A stretch of 64,000 nt of DNA from Azolla caroliniana. Its lineage: Eukaryota; Plantae; Polypodiophyta. Location: assembly GCA_043228905.1 (NCBI GenBank), contig JBHGNT010000011.1, positions 1,116,001 to 1,180,000 of the forward strand. The letters are read 5' to 3'. Positions 1 to 13,905 of this stretch are shown here, piece after piece; the first letter of the stretch is position 1, and the number at the start of each line of letters is the position of its first letter. Position numbers and translations under genes: made by a program. The notes below the pieces were generated by a model. That model had not been told where the DNA came from, did no database searches, and was given only the letters and a program-made list of their open reading frames with translations.

Positions 1-3000
1 ACTTTGTGAGGTCATTAAAGATCATGTTACTGAGAGGCATGTTTAATACATTCACATGACTACACAAAAGTAGGCAGGTAAAAATAACACTAAGGAAATA
101 ATTGAGCCGAAGAATGAGAAAATACCTCATATACATCATTTATCTTTACTACCCTACTCTTAGCTTGCTCAATGTAACTTTGTATTCCTAATCAAGATCA
201 TGATAAATAATTACAAGTACAAAAAAGAGGTAAATGGATCATATTCAAAGAGACTTTTACAAGTTCAATAAGTGTTATGTTACATGTAGCCTTTTAATGC
301 ATTCACAAGAATGCATAAAAACTATGTATGTGAAAGAGCTACTAAGAGAATAATCATTCAATGCCCCCCTTTAGACTATGGAAACATTTGATCCTAGTCG
401 TTTAACTTTCATTGCATGCTTGCCAACCTAAATTTAGCTTCCTAATGTAAACTCATATTTGTAAGCAAGATCATGGAAATAAATGTAAGAATAGAAGAGA
501 GTTTAGGGATTAACGTTTACAAGTTATGGTCCCAAGAGTGTACTAGAGCTTAAGAACTTTTGAAATTTTGAAATTTCGTAGTCTAGGGACTTTTTGAATA
601 AGTAGAAAAATCATTATAGTCAATTATGCCCTCCAATGTTTTTGTAACTATTAACAATCCTACTTTTTCAATCTATGTTTCATCAACATGCATCAATCTT
701 GGGAAATGGAACGAATTATATTCAAACTAAATAAGTTGGTCGAATAAACACTCTTACTATCTCCAGAAATTCAAAACTTGTCAAATTTCATCATCGCAAG
801 AAAACAAAATGTTTAACGTACCCAATATGCTTGGACATGTAGAATTTGTGTTGATTCTTTTCCATTGGTGACAATTCACTATAGTTAGCTCTCCTAATTG
901 TGTAGAGTGTCCAAATGTAGTAGAATCAATACGACACGCTCTATGGGACTGCCCAATGTCCCATCGAATATGGCGGGGGGTTGGCCGTTTGTTGCAATTA
1001 TGCCTGGTGCAAGGCTCAATCAAGTGGGGAAATATATGTTGGCTATCATGGTAGACCCCAGTTGGCAGATACAAGCATCAGGAGGAGGGGATGACTTTGG
1101 TGATAAAAGCACAAGAGGTTTTTTTCTCCACCATCGACAATGTCCACTCAACTCCTCTTAATGACAAATCTCAAGTTGTGTTGGAATTGGTCAGCCCAAT
1201 AACTCATTGGATTCTATAGAAACAATGGTGCAGAAGGGTCTTTTCCAACCAAATTGTGCATCCCACAATGTTATTGCGAGGGATATAGAGTGAAATTGTA
1301 GCCACTCTAAAGAGCCAATATGATGGCCTCAAGGGCAGCTCCGATGGAGTTGAAAGACAACGAATAGCCTTCATCCAACAATGGTCGTCCTCTCCCTTTC
1401 TTGAGTCAGTGGGCATCCACATAAGATGGAACTATCATGTCCCTATAGGGATTTGTATATAATCATCTTGTTTGTAAAATTTTATAACTAATGGAAGGAG
1501 TTTTTTTTGGAAAAAATAAAAATAAATAAAAAATAAATAAAAAATAAATAATCATTATAATTAGACTCCTAGCTCCAAGAAGTCAAAACTCATCGAGTCA
1601 TGGAGTCATAGGTCTAATAAATCATTTGTGCATCAAAAAGTGGTGTCAAATTCAAGAAATGAGACTTGGATTCACAAAAATGAGACTTGGATTAGGAGAC
1701 ATTTCTGATGCCCATTGTTCTTCAACAAGCAAAGTTCACATTGATTCTTTCCTATTGAAAGATGAATCGTAGACAAACCCGACACACTGAAATTAGATTG
1801 TTGACATCTACTATCAACATTCAACAAATTGTGCCTTTAGAATAGAGTTTGGCTTGCAATATTATTGTGAAAGTAGTTAACTTATACTTAATGTGACTTC
1901 ATGAAAAATCATTTAGGTAGAAATATACTTTGCTACGTATGGTAGCAATGTATATTTCCCTCCTTTAAAGAGATTCCAGTAAGTTATTACATTTGATTAT
2001 CAAAGTGTTTCCGAATTCTAATGTATTACAAGCTTTACAATCACACATATACACACTCTCCCAAATTTGACTAATAACTCATGATGTACATCACTATATG
2101 TATGTATCATGCCATGTCAATGAACACACATATATTTGTATTACAATTTACATGCTTGGAACGTAACGCAAGTGTCAAATTTGGAGACGGGTTATGGTAC
2201 GGAGCATTTGGGTTAGGAACCCCATCTAATGAACAGTTTTCCAATTTGAGATACTCATGAATCATGACACTTCGTCGGTGAAGGATTTAAAGTCCATCCT
2301 AAGACCGTTCCACACCTTTTCCCAAACCCGAGGTACAAGAGCGTGGTTCTCACCTCCACATTATTGCGAATCTATAATCTTTGAGGAGTGTCTTGACTCT
2401 TGACTTTAAATAATCATTTAAGACATCCATCAATTACTAGCCTTTATATGGTCACCTTTCACTTTGGTCATGGAATCTCGCTCACGACCACTAGTGATTT
2501 CATGTGGTTGTGAATACTTGTAAAAGAATATGCCGATCGCTCAACACCCACCATTGATTGAGGCTTCATGGACACCCCAAACGGAATATTCCACAAAAAT
2601 TGTGCATAGTGAATGGAGATTACAAACGCTTTAGAATCTACGCACTAATTCCAATGTAAACACAACTACCGAAGGCTCGACATATCTACAAAGTCCGAGA
2701 TTGACAAGGTCTTATATAATCAATCCACATCAATACAAGATCACGGAATAGAAATCGAACAGTTTGGAATCTAGGCACCCTTTCCAATGTAAGCATGATG
2801 GCCAACAACTCGCCACATCTAAATGGACAACATAATATATATCCATTGCATTACCGACACTCAATGCTTTGGAATCTGGACACTCTTTCCAACCTAAGCA
2901 TGATGGCCGAAGACCGAAATGTCTACTAAAAGAACCCCTATTCAACAAGATCTTCCCGAATTGGTATCCATACAAGTTTAGCATTTGTTCCCGCATAGTA

Positions 3001-3719
3001 CACATCGACAAGTGAACATGTCTCACAAGCGCATACGTAATCACTAACATCAAAAAGCTTCACAATCTAAAACACTTTTTTCATCATAAACGCGACAAAC
3101 AAACGCTTGGGACATGATAGATATTGAAGACTAATTCAAGCCATTTTGAAGTGTTAGAAAACAAAACCAGCATATGCTTGCCAATCATAACAACCCGTAA
3201 GGTAAGCATCCACAAAAGAGGCTGACCGAGAAATCTCTACCCAAGTGACACAAAATTACTCCTCCAAAATGAAGCAAAAACATAGTGGGTCATCAACAAG
3301 AACAATAAAAATTTGATATATCTTTGGAAGGAGAAATGGTCTACAACTTTTGTGGGTAAGGCCAATAAATGTCCTATATGGTGTGGGTGGCCATTGAATG
3401 AATGCACATAAGAGAGGAGTGTTAGATCTTTCTTCTTCTTCTTTTAGTCATATGTTTTTTGACTGGTTACAAATGGCTCAAAGACAAAGCCCATGACTAA
3501 GCTACTAGATTGTAGCCTTTTTAACTAACTGAATCAAAAGAAGATCAATCAAATCAATCATTATAATGGGGAAAAAGAAAACAGAGGAAAGAGAAAGGGT
3601 TAGGCCTTGAATTGAAGGCCTAACAAGCAACAGAAACGCATGAAAATAAGCCAATACGAGAAGAGCCAAATGATGGAGGGAAAACAGAGCATAAAGAGAG
3701 AGGTTGGATTCTGATGCTA

Positions 3720-4200
3720 GTAGGGTTTCAGATAGGGTATGGAGGTTAAGTCAACAGGTTTGGGGTTTTAAGACTTAAGACAAGGATTAATTAATAATGG
3801 TTAGGATTTATAAAAGATTTACATAGGGTTTTGATTTGGGTATAGAAGTTAGGGCTTCCTTAGGGTTCGATTTAGGTATAGAGGTTATTAGGGCTTCCTT
3901 AGGGTTCAGACTTTAGGGTTTAGATAGAGTGTAGTAGAGGCTAGGTTTCAGTGTGGCTTAGGATTTCCAGGGGACTTAAGAGGCTAGGGTTAAACAGAGT
4001 ATAGAGGTTAGGGTTCCTACGGATATGGGGTTTAGGGCATCAAAATTAGGGTTCCTATGGGATAGGGTAGTGGATGGATGGAATAGGGTTGAGGTATTTC
4101 TTAGTTAATTTTCAAGGCGATAAGCCAGGGTTTAGGTGATTAGTAGCAAGGAATTAGGGTTTGGGGAGAGTAAGTTTTGGTAAGTTTTCTTTACCCTAAC
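3720..4200. repeat. Degenerate TAGGGTT / telo-box-like repeat tract just downstream of the KCS stop
   Basis: Many dispersed TAGGGTT/TTAGGG variants, plus a duplicated AGGGCTTCCTTAGGGTTC at ~3851 and ~3890. Not a perfect tandem array. Confidence 0.6.
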
Positions 4201-4245
4201 CCAGAGCCAAAGAGGGAAGGAAGGATCTATGGGGAGGGGGGGTCA

Positions 4246-5161
4246 TCATGAGGAGGTTGATGATGATGATGATGATGATGAAGGCGATGGCGATGGCGAT
4301 GACAAGGTTCTCATGGTGGGCACAGCTACAGGGAACTTGTGGATGATATCGCTCCATGGATTGTTAATGGAAGCTTGGGTGGTGGGGGCGATGGCAGACA
4401 GGGACCTCCACACAGCACTGTTGCACTTGAACCCAGATCCGAAGGCGATCTGCCATATCCTGTCGCCCTTCTTCACCCTGCCTTTGGCCTCTGTGTAGGC
4501 GAGCTCATACCACAGGGAGCTACTGGAGGTGTTCCCAAATCGGTACAGCGTCATTCTAGAAGGTTCCATGTGCCATTCCGACAGGCCCAGGTTCTTCTCC
4601 AGCTCGTCCAGGACTGCTCTGCCGCCGGCATGGATGCAGAAGTGCTCGAATGCTCGCTTGAAGTCGGGGATGTAGGGTTTCACCTTCACGCCATCGCCAT
4701 AGCCATAGCCATAGCCAGCGGCTGCGATCTTCCTCAGTATGAGGCTCGCGAAGAACAGGATCTGCTCAGAGAGCGGCAGCACCAAGGGGCCGAGCGTGGT
4801 GATGTTGGCTTTCAGGGCGTTCCCGGCTATGGCCATGAGCTCCTTGGACAGAGACACCCCGACCTTGCCATGGCCATAGCCGCTATGGCTATGGCTGTCG
4901 TCTTCTTCCTGGTACACGCATCTGTAGGCTTTGTCGTCTGCTCCCTTGTGGGTCCTGACGGTGTGGACAAGCTCGTACTTGGCGGATCTGCGGTCGGATC
5001 GCCTGCTGCTCAGCAGAATGGCGGCGCCGCCCATGCGGAAGATGCAGTTGGAGACGAGCTTGGAGGCGTCGTTGCCGAGGTACCAGTTGAGGGTGATGTT
5101 CTCCATGCTCACCACCATAGCCAGCGAAGGATGGGAGCAGGAAGAAGAAGAAGATGATGAT

Positions 5162-5193
<32 letters not shown>

Positions 5194-6039
5194 AGCAGAG
5201 GATCGGAGCAGGCGAGCAGCGAGATCTATGGCGATGACGCCTGCGCTGCAGCCCATGCCGGCAAGGTTGAAGCTCTTGAGGTTGCCGCGGAGGCGGTAGC
5301 GGGAGGCGATGAGGGAGGCGAGCGAAGGGGTGGGGACGAAGAGGCTGCAATTGACGATGAGGATGCCGATGTCTTTGGGCTTCACGCCGGTTCTGAGCAG
5401 GAGGGCGTCGATGGCGGCGAACATGACCCGCTCCGCCTCGCGCCTGGCCTCGCCCATGCAAGGATTGGGCGGCTGGCTCATGACCGCCGGCGGGAGGCCC
5501 GTCTCCTCCCCCACACCAGACCTCTCGCACACCTTCCTCTGCAGCTCCACACTCCTCTCGCTGAACGCCCCCGTCTCCCGCGTGTATCGCAGGAACTCCG
5601 CGTTGCTGCACACCTCCTCCTTCAGCGGCCTGTAGCACGCGTAGTCCAGCATGTACACCGGCCATGGCCTCCTCACCAAGTAGTACACCGTGCCTATGGC
5701 CGCCATCGCTATGGCCGCCACCAGGTGGCTGTACTGCACCGCGCTCTCCCACAGCGCCGTCACCCCCATGTGCCGAGCTCTGCTGCCCACCTCCGCGGCT
5801 ATGGCGAGGGTGAGCGGCGGGATGAGGAGGAGGTAGAGCGCGTGGCGGATCAGGTAATGGTACCCCAGCTTCACGTACTTGAGCTTCACGGTGTCCAGGA
5901 AATCAGGGAAGGCGTACTGCGCCCCCCCATGGTACGACGACCTCTCAACCTCTGCAGATCTTGGTTTCCCAGAAGAAGGAGCAGGATCTGAAGAAGAAGG
6001 AATAGGGGACTCTGTTCTGGCACTATCATCAGCAGCCAT
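4246..6039 (-). CDS. KCS: 3-ketoacyl-CoA synthase (FAE1/KCS family, very-long-chain fatty acid elongase condensing enzyme), intronless, 597 aa
   Basis: Intact ORF with N-terminal VKLKYVKLGYHY, two hydrophobic segments, catalytic GMGCSAG (Cys), FCIHAGGRAVLDELEKNL (His), FGNTSSSSLWYELAY (Asn) and WQIAFGSGFKCNSAVW. Confidence 0.97.
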
Positions 6040-6163
6040 GGCTGATCACAGGTGAACGAAGAAGGGAAGAAAGAAGAAGGTGCTTCAATTCTCTCTGTTT
6101 ATTATGAGTTGAGTGAGAGTAGTAGACCTGTAGAGTGAGCGAGTGAGAATGCCTATATATATT

Positions 6164-6310
6164 GTCTTATAGACATATGTGTAACATGTATATGTATATA
6201 GTCTTATAGACATATGTGTAACATGTATATGTATATAGTATATAGTATATAGTATATAGTATACAGTATATAGTATATGTATATAGTATATTTATAATTG
6301 TGTGTGTGTG
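6164..6310. repeat. ~37-bp direct duplication plus (TATAG)n/(TG)n microsatellite in the KCS upstream region
   Basis: GTCTTATAGACATATGTGTAACATGTATATGTATATA occurs twice in tandem, followed by TATAG units. Confidence 0.8.
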
Positions 6311-8635
6311 TTTTGCTTGAAAAATGAAGTTTGCGAGAGTGACCAATATAGGATGGCCATTGTCCATCTCCCTAGTGAGTGACACGCTTGGCCATTGGCC
6401 ACACTCAATGCCTCTTTCCTGCAAGCTCTTTTGTGCTAGTCATGGTATATGCCTGCTATCCATATCTCTCTCGATGTCCATCTATCTATCCATTTATCCA
6501 TCCATCCTCGCACGGACGCTTCGTGATTCTTCATAGCCCGTGTTTCGTCTTCTTGCCGAAAAGTCGACGGCAGACACCCGATCTCCATGCGTTTCGAGTC
6601 CCCACACGAGCATTCCTAATGCGAAACAGCTATTTGCGGTCTCGCATCGAAGCGAAAGATATAGACCGTGACAAGACCTGTCTATGTTTCAAGGAGGTCC
6701 ACCTCGTAAAGATAATGAAAGGTTTTTGACAGTTTGAGAAAACTGTCACGACTCATGGCTTTGCTTTTCTGTTTTCTTCGTCTTCTTTTTTTCCCCTCCT
6801 TTCCCACATGAATTTGTGTGGCCATGGTTCACTTTGGCATTAATGTGGGTCAATCGGATTGCTGCAATGTAGTGGCATTGTGTCATGAGTGATGGAGGTT
6901 TGCCAGGTAATGCTTTTGTGGAAAGGCTTGCATTTATGGGGGGGGCATGTATATTGGTTGGTAGGTACGTATACATACACACGTATGTTGTGTCAACGCA
7001 CACATATGTGTATGTATGTATGTATGCAAGTATGTAACATGCTCATTGGAAACCTACTCCGGTCAACGAAGCACTCATTATAAACGATATGCAATGTGTA
7101 TGTGTGTCTGTTGATGTGCAAAGCATACACACATATATGTACATGTACAATATGTAAATGTAAGCACATGCATTTGACTTGTGTGCGTGTATAGAGACCA
7201 TTCATCTCTTCAACAATTAACCATCAAGCAATTAGTTGTAAGTACAAAGGGTCGAAATCAAAGCCCCACCCAACTCTTTCGTTGTTCGACGGTGATGTGT
7301 AAATGTGGTCTCCTCAAGACATCGGGAACACGACAAAAACATGCACATTCTAGAATCTTCGCCAATTAGGATGAGGAATTTGTCAAATTATTAGGTGAAA
7401 GAAGAGAAGGGGCGAGAGGGGTCAAGCAAGGATCTTGGGACACCGTGTTCATTCAATGCCAATGAGCTGTCATTTATTGTTAACCGATTGCATCTCGATT
7501 TTGTCTACTTCTTTCGTTGAAATTCTAGCAAGCAATGCCAGCGTGACTAGAAAGAGATCAATTGGGAGGAGAAAAAGGGGAAGAGGGGTGGTAAAAGATA
7601 GCTTCCTAATGGATAAATAACACACCCTCAAGAAACATAACTATAAAGGTCTTCAAAAAGCAAAAATGAAAAACCAACAAAGTTAGGAGCAATAAAAATG
7701 ATGAGGATTTTGTGGTAGTTGGGTACAAATTTTCCAAGTGGGATTGACTTCGGGTTGATCATAAATGTGCTTGGTTGGATTTGATCTTGTAGTGTGTGAA
7801 GTGGGTGGACCTACCTCCGGTTGCTAGTTTTACTACTATATTTAGAGGCACCCCATAATAGCTTAAGGTTAGAGGTGGACCTACTACCACTATCCATTTC
7901 CATCCTTGTATTTACAGGCTCACCATCAAAGGTTAAGGTTGGACCCAAATTTAGATGGTGGTTATTATTGTTGGACTTGGGTAAATTCCACACCCCCCCC
8001 CCCCCCCCCTCAGGTGAAAAAAGCACTCTATTGGTTTTTTGGGTCCCATCACCATGCGAAAGTGTAGGAATGTGGATGAGGACCATAACCTCGAAAACCT
8101 TCATTATAACTAGCATATGTTGTGCATGGACACTACCAAAGCACCTAATTGTAGAGTCGTCAAATGAGGTGAAAAAACAAAATCAATGTTAGTTGCATTT
8201 TATTTTCTTTCCTTAATCAAGGGAAGAATTCAACCCTCAAGAACCTTGATTAGAGTGGACATGTGATGTACAATGATACCACTTGAAGCTTTAGAACATA
8301 TAGTCGTTCGTAATTGTGGAAATTTTCCATCTTCATTCGATAAGTCATTGATGGAGGTCAAGGCTCACAACTCACTAGGTTCCAGAGGAGCAATGCAATC
8401 TCGATTTCTTTATACCGGGTTTCTTTTAACAAACAATAGGTTTGATATATGTAAGTTATACTTACTCTAACCCATAAATGTCTTCACAAAATTTACTTGT
8501 GTGTCTCATTGATCTTGCAAGTCAATTGCCTCATTCTACTTTATAATAACATGCCTCTTCAGACCCATATTTCAAAATAGAATAATGTGTATCACCTTTT
8601 TAGCACTTATGGGCTGGCATGACAAGCTTCCATAA

Positions 8636-8655
8636 CTCTCTCTCTCTCTCTCTCT

Positions 8656-8697
<42 letters not shown>

Positions 8698-8699
8698 AC
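8636..8699. repeat. Compound (CT)n(CA)n microsatellite
   Basis: Directly visible. Confidence 0.95.
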
Positions 8700-8789
8700 T
8701 TATCTCATAGGTCATCTTTGACCTTGGAAGGCATTCATAAAAAAATTCTCTATCTATCCATCCATATCCATGAGTGCACACTCTTGAGT

Positions 8790-10200
8790 CTGGACTCCCA
8801 CCTTAAGTAGCCAATCAAAGAAAAAAAGTAGAGTGTTTTGCTTCTTAAAGGTTCACCTAATTAATATCCCCTTCATGCCAACGTTAGAGAAAGTAGAGAA
8901 TGAATTTTCTTCCATTACCTAATGTGAATATGCCTTTTGAAATGCAAGACTTCGTATTTGACTGAAAGATTCGTCTCTTCTTTCAACACCCTTTTATGAA
9001 AGTAATATTGGTCATCGTTTTGATGTGGAAGACCACTACGTCTCTCATCAACAAATTATCACATAAGCACACAAATAAAAAAGTGTGTTTCTTTTATCAA
9101 TTATGGGACCTATGTTTTGGTTTTTTTTGCATAATGACTTCAAAAGTATCATTTTTTACCACATAATCTCCATATCATGTCATGCGAACATATTTTCTCC
9201 CATGTCACATTTCTATACTAGTGTGAATCCAATCGTAGTGGTCACTTGTCATGATGTTGAGTTATTGATGTTATGTCATGTAAGGGTCCTAAATTCCCTT
9301 AACCCCAATCTTGTGCACATTAGGTTTGACTCGTTCTTGATGATAATCCTTTTAAAATATAACTTGCACTTTGTTAGAAACATGTCACACGGGCTACACA
9401 TGGATGGACTCGTCGGTCTCATTAATTCTGTTCGATGAATGTTATTTAGGATAATTAACAATGGGGTCCAAATAAAGATTACCTAACATTCACATTGATA
9501 TTTTATATGATGGAACCACTTCCCCCAACCCAAGTCCATGCTCTCAGAAAATGATACTTGACATAGATGTTGAAGATTAGCTACCAACATGAAAGATATC
9601 AACTTCTTACAAAGCTCTAAAAACGTGTCCCTCCCTTGATATTGATTGAATTTGCAATATGATCTTATACCTCATAGATGAAATGTTTATCGATATGAGC
9701 TCATCCAAGCTCATACATTGTTCATTATCTTCCAATTGCTCTAGTTACATATATAAATATCCTTGTTTAAACATAAGCGCTCCATCTTTAGACATGGAGA
9801 TTTGGTGGGGCAATCAAATGGTCGATCCTTGGATAAAGGTTGTTATATCGATTATTATGATTTCATTGCTATGAGTGTTGAAGAGGAAAAACTTTGGTTT
9901 CTTAAAAATGACTTTTCCATTTTGTTTCTTGTCTTTTCATCATAAATGCTCATCTTTTTTATTACAATGTGATCCTCGGTAGTTGGTGGAATAATGAAAA
10001 GACATCATTTGTACATTGATTATGACACAATATTCCTTTTTAACACAATAAAGTTGGGTTATTTTGGTGGATGTATGACTTGGTATCGAAGAAAGTCTCT
10101 TGAGATAATTTACACTTCGGAATAGAATTCTAAAGCACCAACGATTGATCATTCGGGGCTTACGTATGTAACAATAGAAACAAATAACATATACATATGT
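8790..10200 (-). mobile_element. Highly degraded Gypsy-like pol remnant (RNase H/integrase region)
   Basis: Weak minus-strand peptide echoes (SKDGALMFKQGYLY, LMRDVVVFHI) resembling the Gypsy integrase linker and core. Many stops; boundaries uncertain. Confidence 0.3.
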
Positions 10201-10846
10201 CACAGATGACTAGAAATAGGTAAACCATAACTTAGTGTCTCTTGATTCTATTTTTTAGGATTGATGTTAAACCAAGAAAATAGGGTGGTGTTGTCACTTG
10301 TGTATCAATGCCTTTGTTCAACAAGATGTTTATTGGTACCATCAATGGCATTGGTGAACGATGTTGGATCCATGAACACCAAATAAGTGCATAAATGCTA
10401 ACTAGATGATATTATAATCATTGGTGTCACATGTGTACTTATACTTACCTTATTTAGAATACATATAACATTACTTCTTACTATAAGAAGCAATGATTAG
10501 GCCAAGGATTTTAAGTAACAAAAGTTTGAGAGAGGGCATGATAGTTCAAAGAGAAACATACTTATGGAAGCTACACAAACAACAACGAAAATAGAGAGGG
10601 CAATGTTGATGTGGGGCATATAAGACCATCATTATTACCACTACTTAGATTTGATTATTAATTGATCCCAAACAAGTTTAAATAAGGGCCTTAGATGTAA
10701 CTTCATAGTTTGTATATAAAGTTTAATAAAAACCCATTGAAGGCAATATTGTAACCAATGTAAGAGTTCTATGTATTGTAAGTTAAAAAGCACAATATGG
10801 AAAACGCCATATGGCTGGACCAATATACAAGAAAAGGAATAAGGAC

Positions 10847-10848
<2 letters not shown>

Positions 10849-10890
<42 letters not shown>

Positions 10891-11043
10891 TAGTGAAATA
10901 ACCAAGTGAGTAACAATGTCATATATCCAATGATAACATATTGTAATATTTTTAAAATTTGAAAACCATACTAATCATCAACAATGTATTATCTCTTTAT
11001 CTTTATTTGTTACACACACATGCACACACACACACACACACAC
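10849..11043. repeat. (GT)n at 10849-10888 and (CA)n at 11012-11043
   Basis: Two dinucleotide tracts in opposite orientation, ~125 bp apart. Confidence 0.9.
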
Positions 11044-11051
11044 CCCTTCCA

Positions 11052-11360
11052 CGACTATGCGATTGGAATTGCAATGGATACCCATAGAATGTGGGATTTG
11101 GCATAGAGGAGTTCATTGATGACTCAAATATCACACTTTTTGTTGAAACATGGGAGCATGATACTCACAGGATTCAAGGTTTTAGGAAACTATAATGTAC
11201 ACTCTTTGATATACGCGAAAGTCCAAGACAACGAAGAGGACAAGGAGGGCTCAAGGGCGACATGTTTAATTAAGAAGGAAATACAAAAATATGTGTCAAT
11301 CATAAAAAATGATGTAAATAAATGCTACATATTGCTCAAAATAGAAATACCTAACATGTT
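11052..11360 (+). pseudogene. LINE APE-type endonuclease N-terminal fragment
   Basis: Reads RLCDWNCNGYP*...ITLFVETWEHD...TCLIKKEI. WNxNG and ETW are APE endonuclease motifs. Contains a stop and a frameshift. Confidence 0.7.
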
Positions 11361-11752
11361 CGTGTTCACAAGTGGAAGGATCACACACAAATGGAAGGAT
11401 AGGGAATATTCCGTTTGATTTCAGGGCCTTTTTAACCATTTCACAAAACACATTGATACCAGTATCACACTTTCTGAAAATTTCGATGGAAAAGCTTAAA
11501 AATCCATCATTTCATAAAATTGAAAATTCACAAAATTTGGCCAAATACGAAAAGTTACATTGTGCATTTTTTCGTAAAAAGGACAACTAATGTTTTTTGT
11601 AACAAACAATCTTCATAAGGAGCGATAGATTTCAAAACATAACCTTTATATCATTCGAGTTTTTACAAGCTTAAATTTGACTCATCCTTGTCATCTTTAG
11701 ATGTACTATCAAAGCATTGTCTTAATCTAAAACCAAATGGTGTAACTCCAAA

Positions 11753-12487
11753 TTATGTGTACAGATCTGGTTTGACTTCGATTAGAGACACCGTGTAGTG
11801 TAGACTTGGTAAATTCTCTTCTATTTGGTTTGTTGTTGACTTTCTTAAACGTCCAACTTTTGTAAGTGTAAAGTCGTACACAATGATGTCCACCTTACTA
11901 ATGTCAAGGGTCGATGTTTTACAAATGTTTCCTTTCCTCTTTCTATTTCCTCTTGACCTTGGGCATTCCATCATCTCTAATGTATACTTGCCTGTAAATG
12001 CATTTTTGCTTCTAGTGTTGTACCAATGCACCTTTATAGACTTGATCTGATTTTGGTTTTCATACATCGCCACGTCCAATACTTTACCAATCCAAAATTG
12101 GTGCCCTAGGTCATTGCCATCTGCAAGTGTACCAATTAACATCCCAACCTTCAATTCTTGCAAGTTTCTTTGCCACCTAGCTTCTACTGCTTTTGTCATC
12201 CTTGGTCAAACATAAATGTCTCTTTGTTGTGGATGGAACAAACTATCAAGATTTGCATTAGGTGCATGAAGTGGTGATTGAGAACCACACGAGTGTTGTA
12301 TAGATTGCGTAAATGGTATTTGTAAGGTCCAACTACCAGCAACACAATTATCAATAATTCCTTGTTGATCACTAAAGAACACGTCCCACCATGAGGTATC
12401 TTGTTGTGCAACATACTTCTTTACATTATCAATATGCTTCCTTTTGTCTTGTAAGACTTGCATCCAAAAGTTCCTCTGTTCATCCAA
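11753..12487 (-). pseudogene. Frameshifted C-terminal fragment of an unknown, probably DNA-transposon-associated protein lying inside the LINE
   Basis: Protein-like ORFs 12206-12487 and 11753-12199 (FWIGKV...VHWY...DFTLTKVGRL) on the opposite strand, between the LINE EN and RT pieces. Confidence 0.4.
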
Positions 12488-13291
12488 AGGGACACTTTAC
12501 AAACGAAGAGATGTTAGACTATGTACAAAGGCTATATATGCATGATGGTGTGACTCCTATGGTCGAGAAACTTGAAACACGATGCACTACATGTATAGAT
12601 ATTGATGGTGTCAATAAGGGATTAAAGAAGATGTACAACCAATGTCTCAAGTGAGCTTTTAAAATGGACAATGCCTAGAGCAAGTTATAAAACAAGGATT
12701 TCCAAATGATTAGCTTATGAATTGGATTAAACCAATATTTAACACCGGAGATAAGAATCAAGTATCAAATTATCGTACAATAATGGTGAGCTCAACTATT
12801 ACTAAATTATATAGCACTATTATGGAGCAAAAGATAAGCACATGGGCTGAAAGTACAAGCAAAAGAGCACTTGGGCAAGCAGGATTTAGACCAAAACACT
12901 CCACTGTGGATCATTTGGTCACATTGAGAGTAATCATGGAAGAGAGTTGACTACAAGGAAAAACACTGTATTGTTGTTTTGTTGATTTTAAGAAAGCTTT
13001 TGATATCGTACCACGAAGTGAGCTTTGGAATAGAATGGTAGAGATGGACATGCCATTAGAGTATCGAGTTGTTGCTGCACGCCTATATGAACAAGTTAAA
13101 TGCCAACTAAAAATGGACAGTGGATTCTCAAAGCACTTTTTAAGTAACATGGGGGTCAATCAAGGATGTCCACTATCAGCCACACTCTTTGGCTTATGTA
13201 TTGATAAATTAGACGAAGTGGTGAATAAGGTTGCAAGAGAAGAAGGATTGACTAGCCCCAAATTGATGCAACATGTTATCTTATTGCTTCT
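12485..13291 (+). pseudogene. LINE reverse transcriptase, N-terminal part (degenerate)
   Basis: WIKPIF..GDK..SNYRTI, QAGFRPKHST.DH, CCFVDFKKAFD, GVNQGCPLS.TLF, then ILLLL up to the Copia insertion. Confidence 0.9.
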
Positions 13292-13729
13292 TGTTGAGAT
13301 ATCAAGCTCAACTAGTTTAATTTAGTTAGTCAACACATGTAACTTAGTAGTTACCTAGGTCGAATCTAGTTAATGTGTTGACCTTAAGCCTTTAAATAGG
13401 ACCTTGTACTTAAGTGGGATATTCTAGATCCTCCACTCCTTAGTACATTTAATGTAGGACTTACACATAAGTACCTATGTTCTACCCACACATGTGCACC
13501 TTTGCACATGGGTTGTATATATACCTCATTGTGGGTATTTTTGTAGTTGATGACACTTTTCAATATAGTCAATCATCCCCCATTTATCTTTGTGTTCAAG
13601 TGTAACTTCCTCTCTCTCTCTCTTCCTCTCACACACTCTCACGCGCATATCATACTAATCTTCCGTTGCTTAACGTAATAATATAATTAGTCTCTAATTA
13701 ACCCTAGTTAATTACCTAATTACTTAACA
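13292..13729 (+). repeat. Copia-1 5' LTR (438 bp)
   Basis: Direct repeat of 26961-27400; about 5 substitutions and a 2-bp indel by eye. Confidence 0.95.
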
Positions 13730-13905
13730 TGGTATCAGAGCGCGTGGTTTAGGAAATCCACTAAGCCCATCTCTTATTCGTGATTGTGTGTTCGAGACGC
13801 CGACGACAAATCCCGACTATTCGCTATCCGCTATCGTAGTGCCGCTACGAAGGACGTGTACGCGACCAAGAGAAGAAAAACAAAACGGAAGACACAACAA
13901 TCAAC

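Noticed and set aside
781-1422. Short ORFs at the window start
   Set aside because: No recognisable motifs or splice structure; possibly decayed repeat or pseudogene sequence.
2630-2915. Three imperfect ~40-bp repeats that might be LRR pseudogene remnants (PSCLxWKxCxDSK)
   Set aside because: Irregular spacing, stops in all frames and no convincing LRR consensus; cannot be supported without a search.
3720-4200. True telomere or interstitial telomeric array
   Set aside because: Motifs are dispersed and degenerate, not tandem TTTAGGG.
4339-5752. Long overlapping and antisense ORFs over KCS
   Set aside because: By-products of GC-rich codon usage and microsatellites; no recognisable domains.
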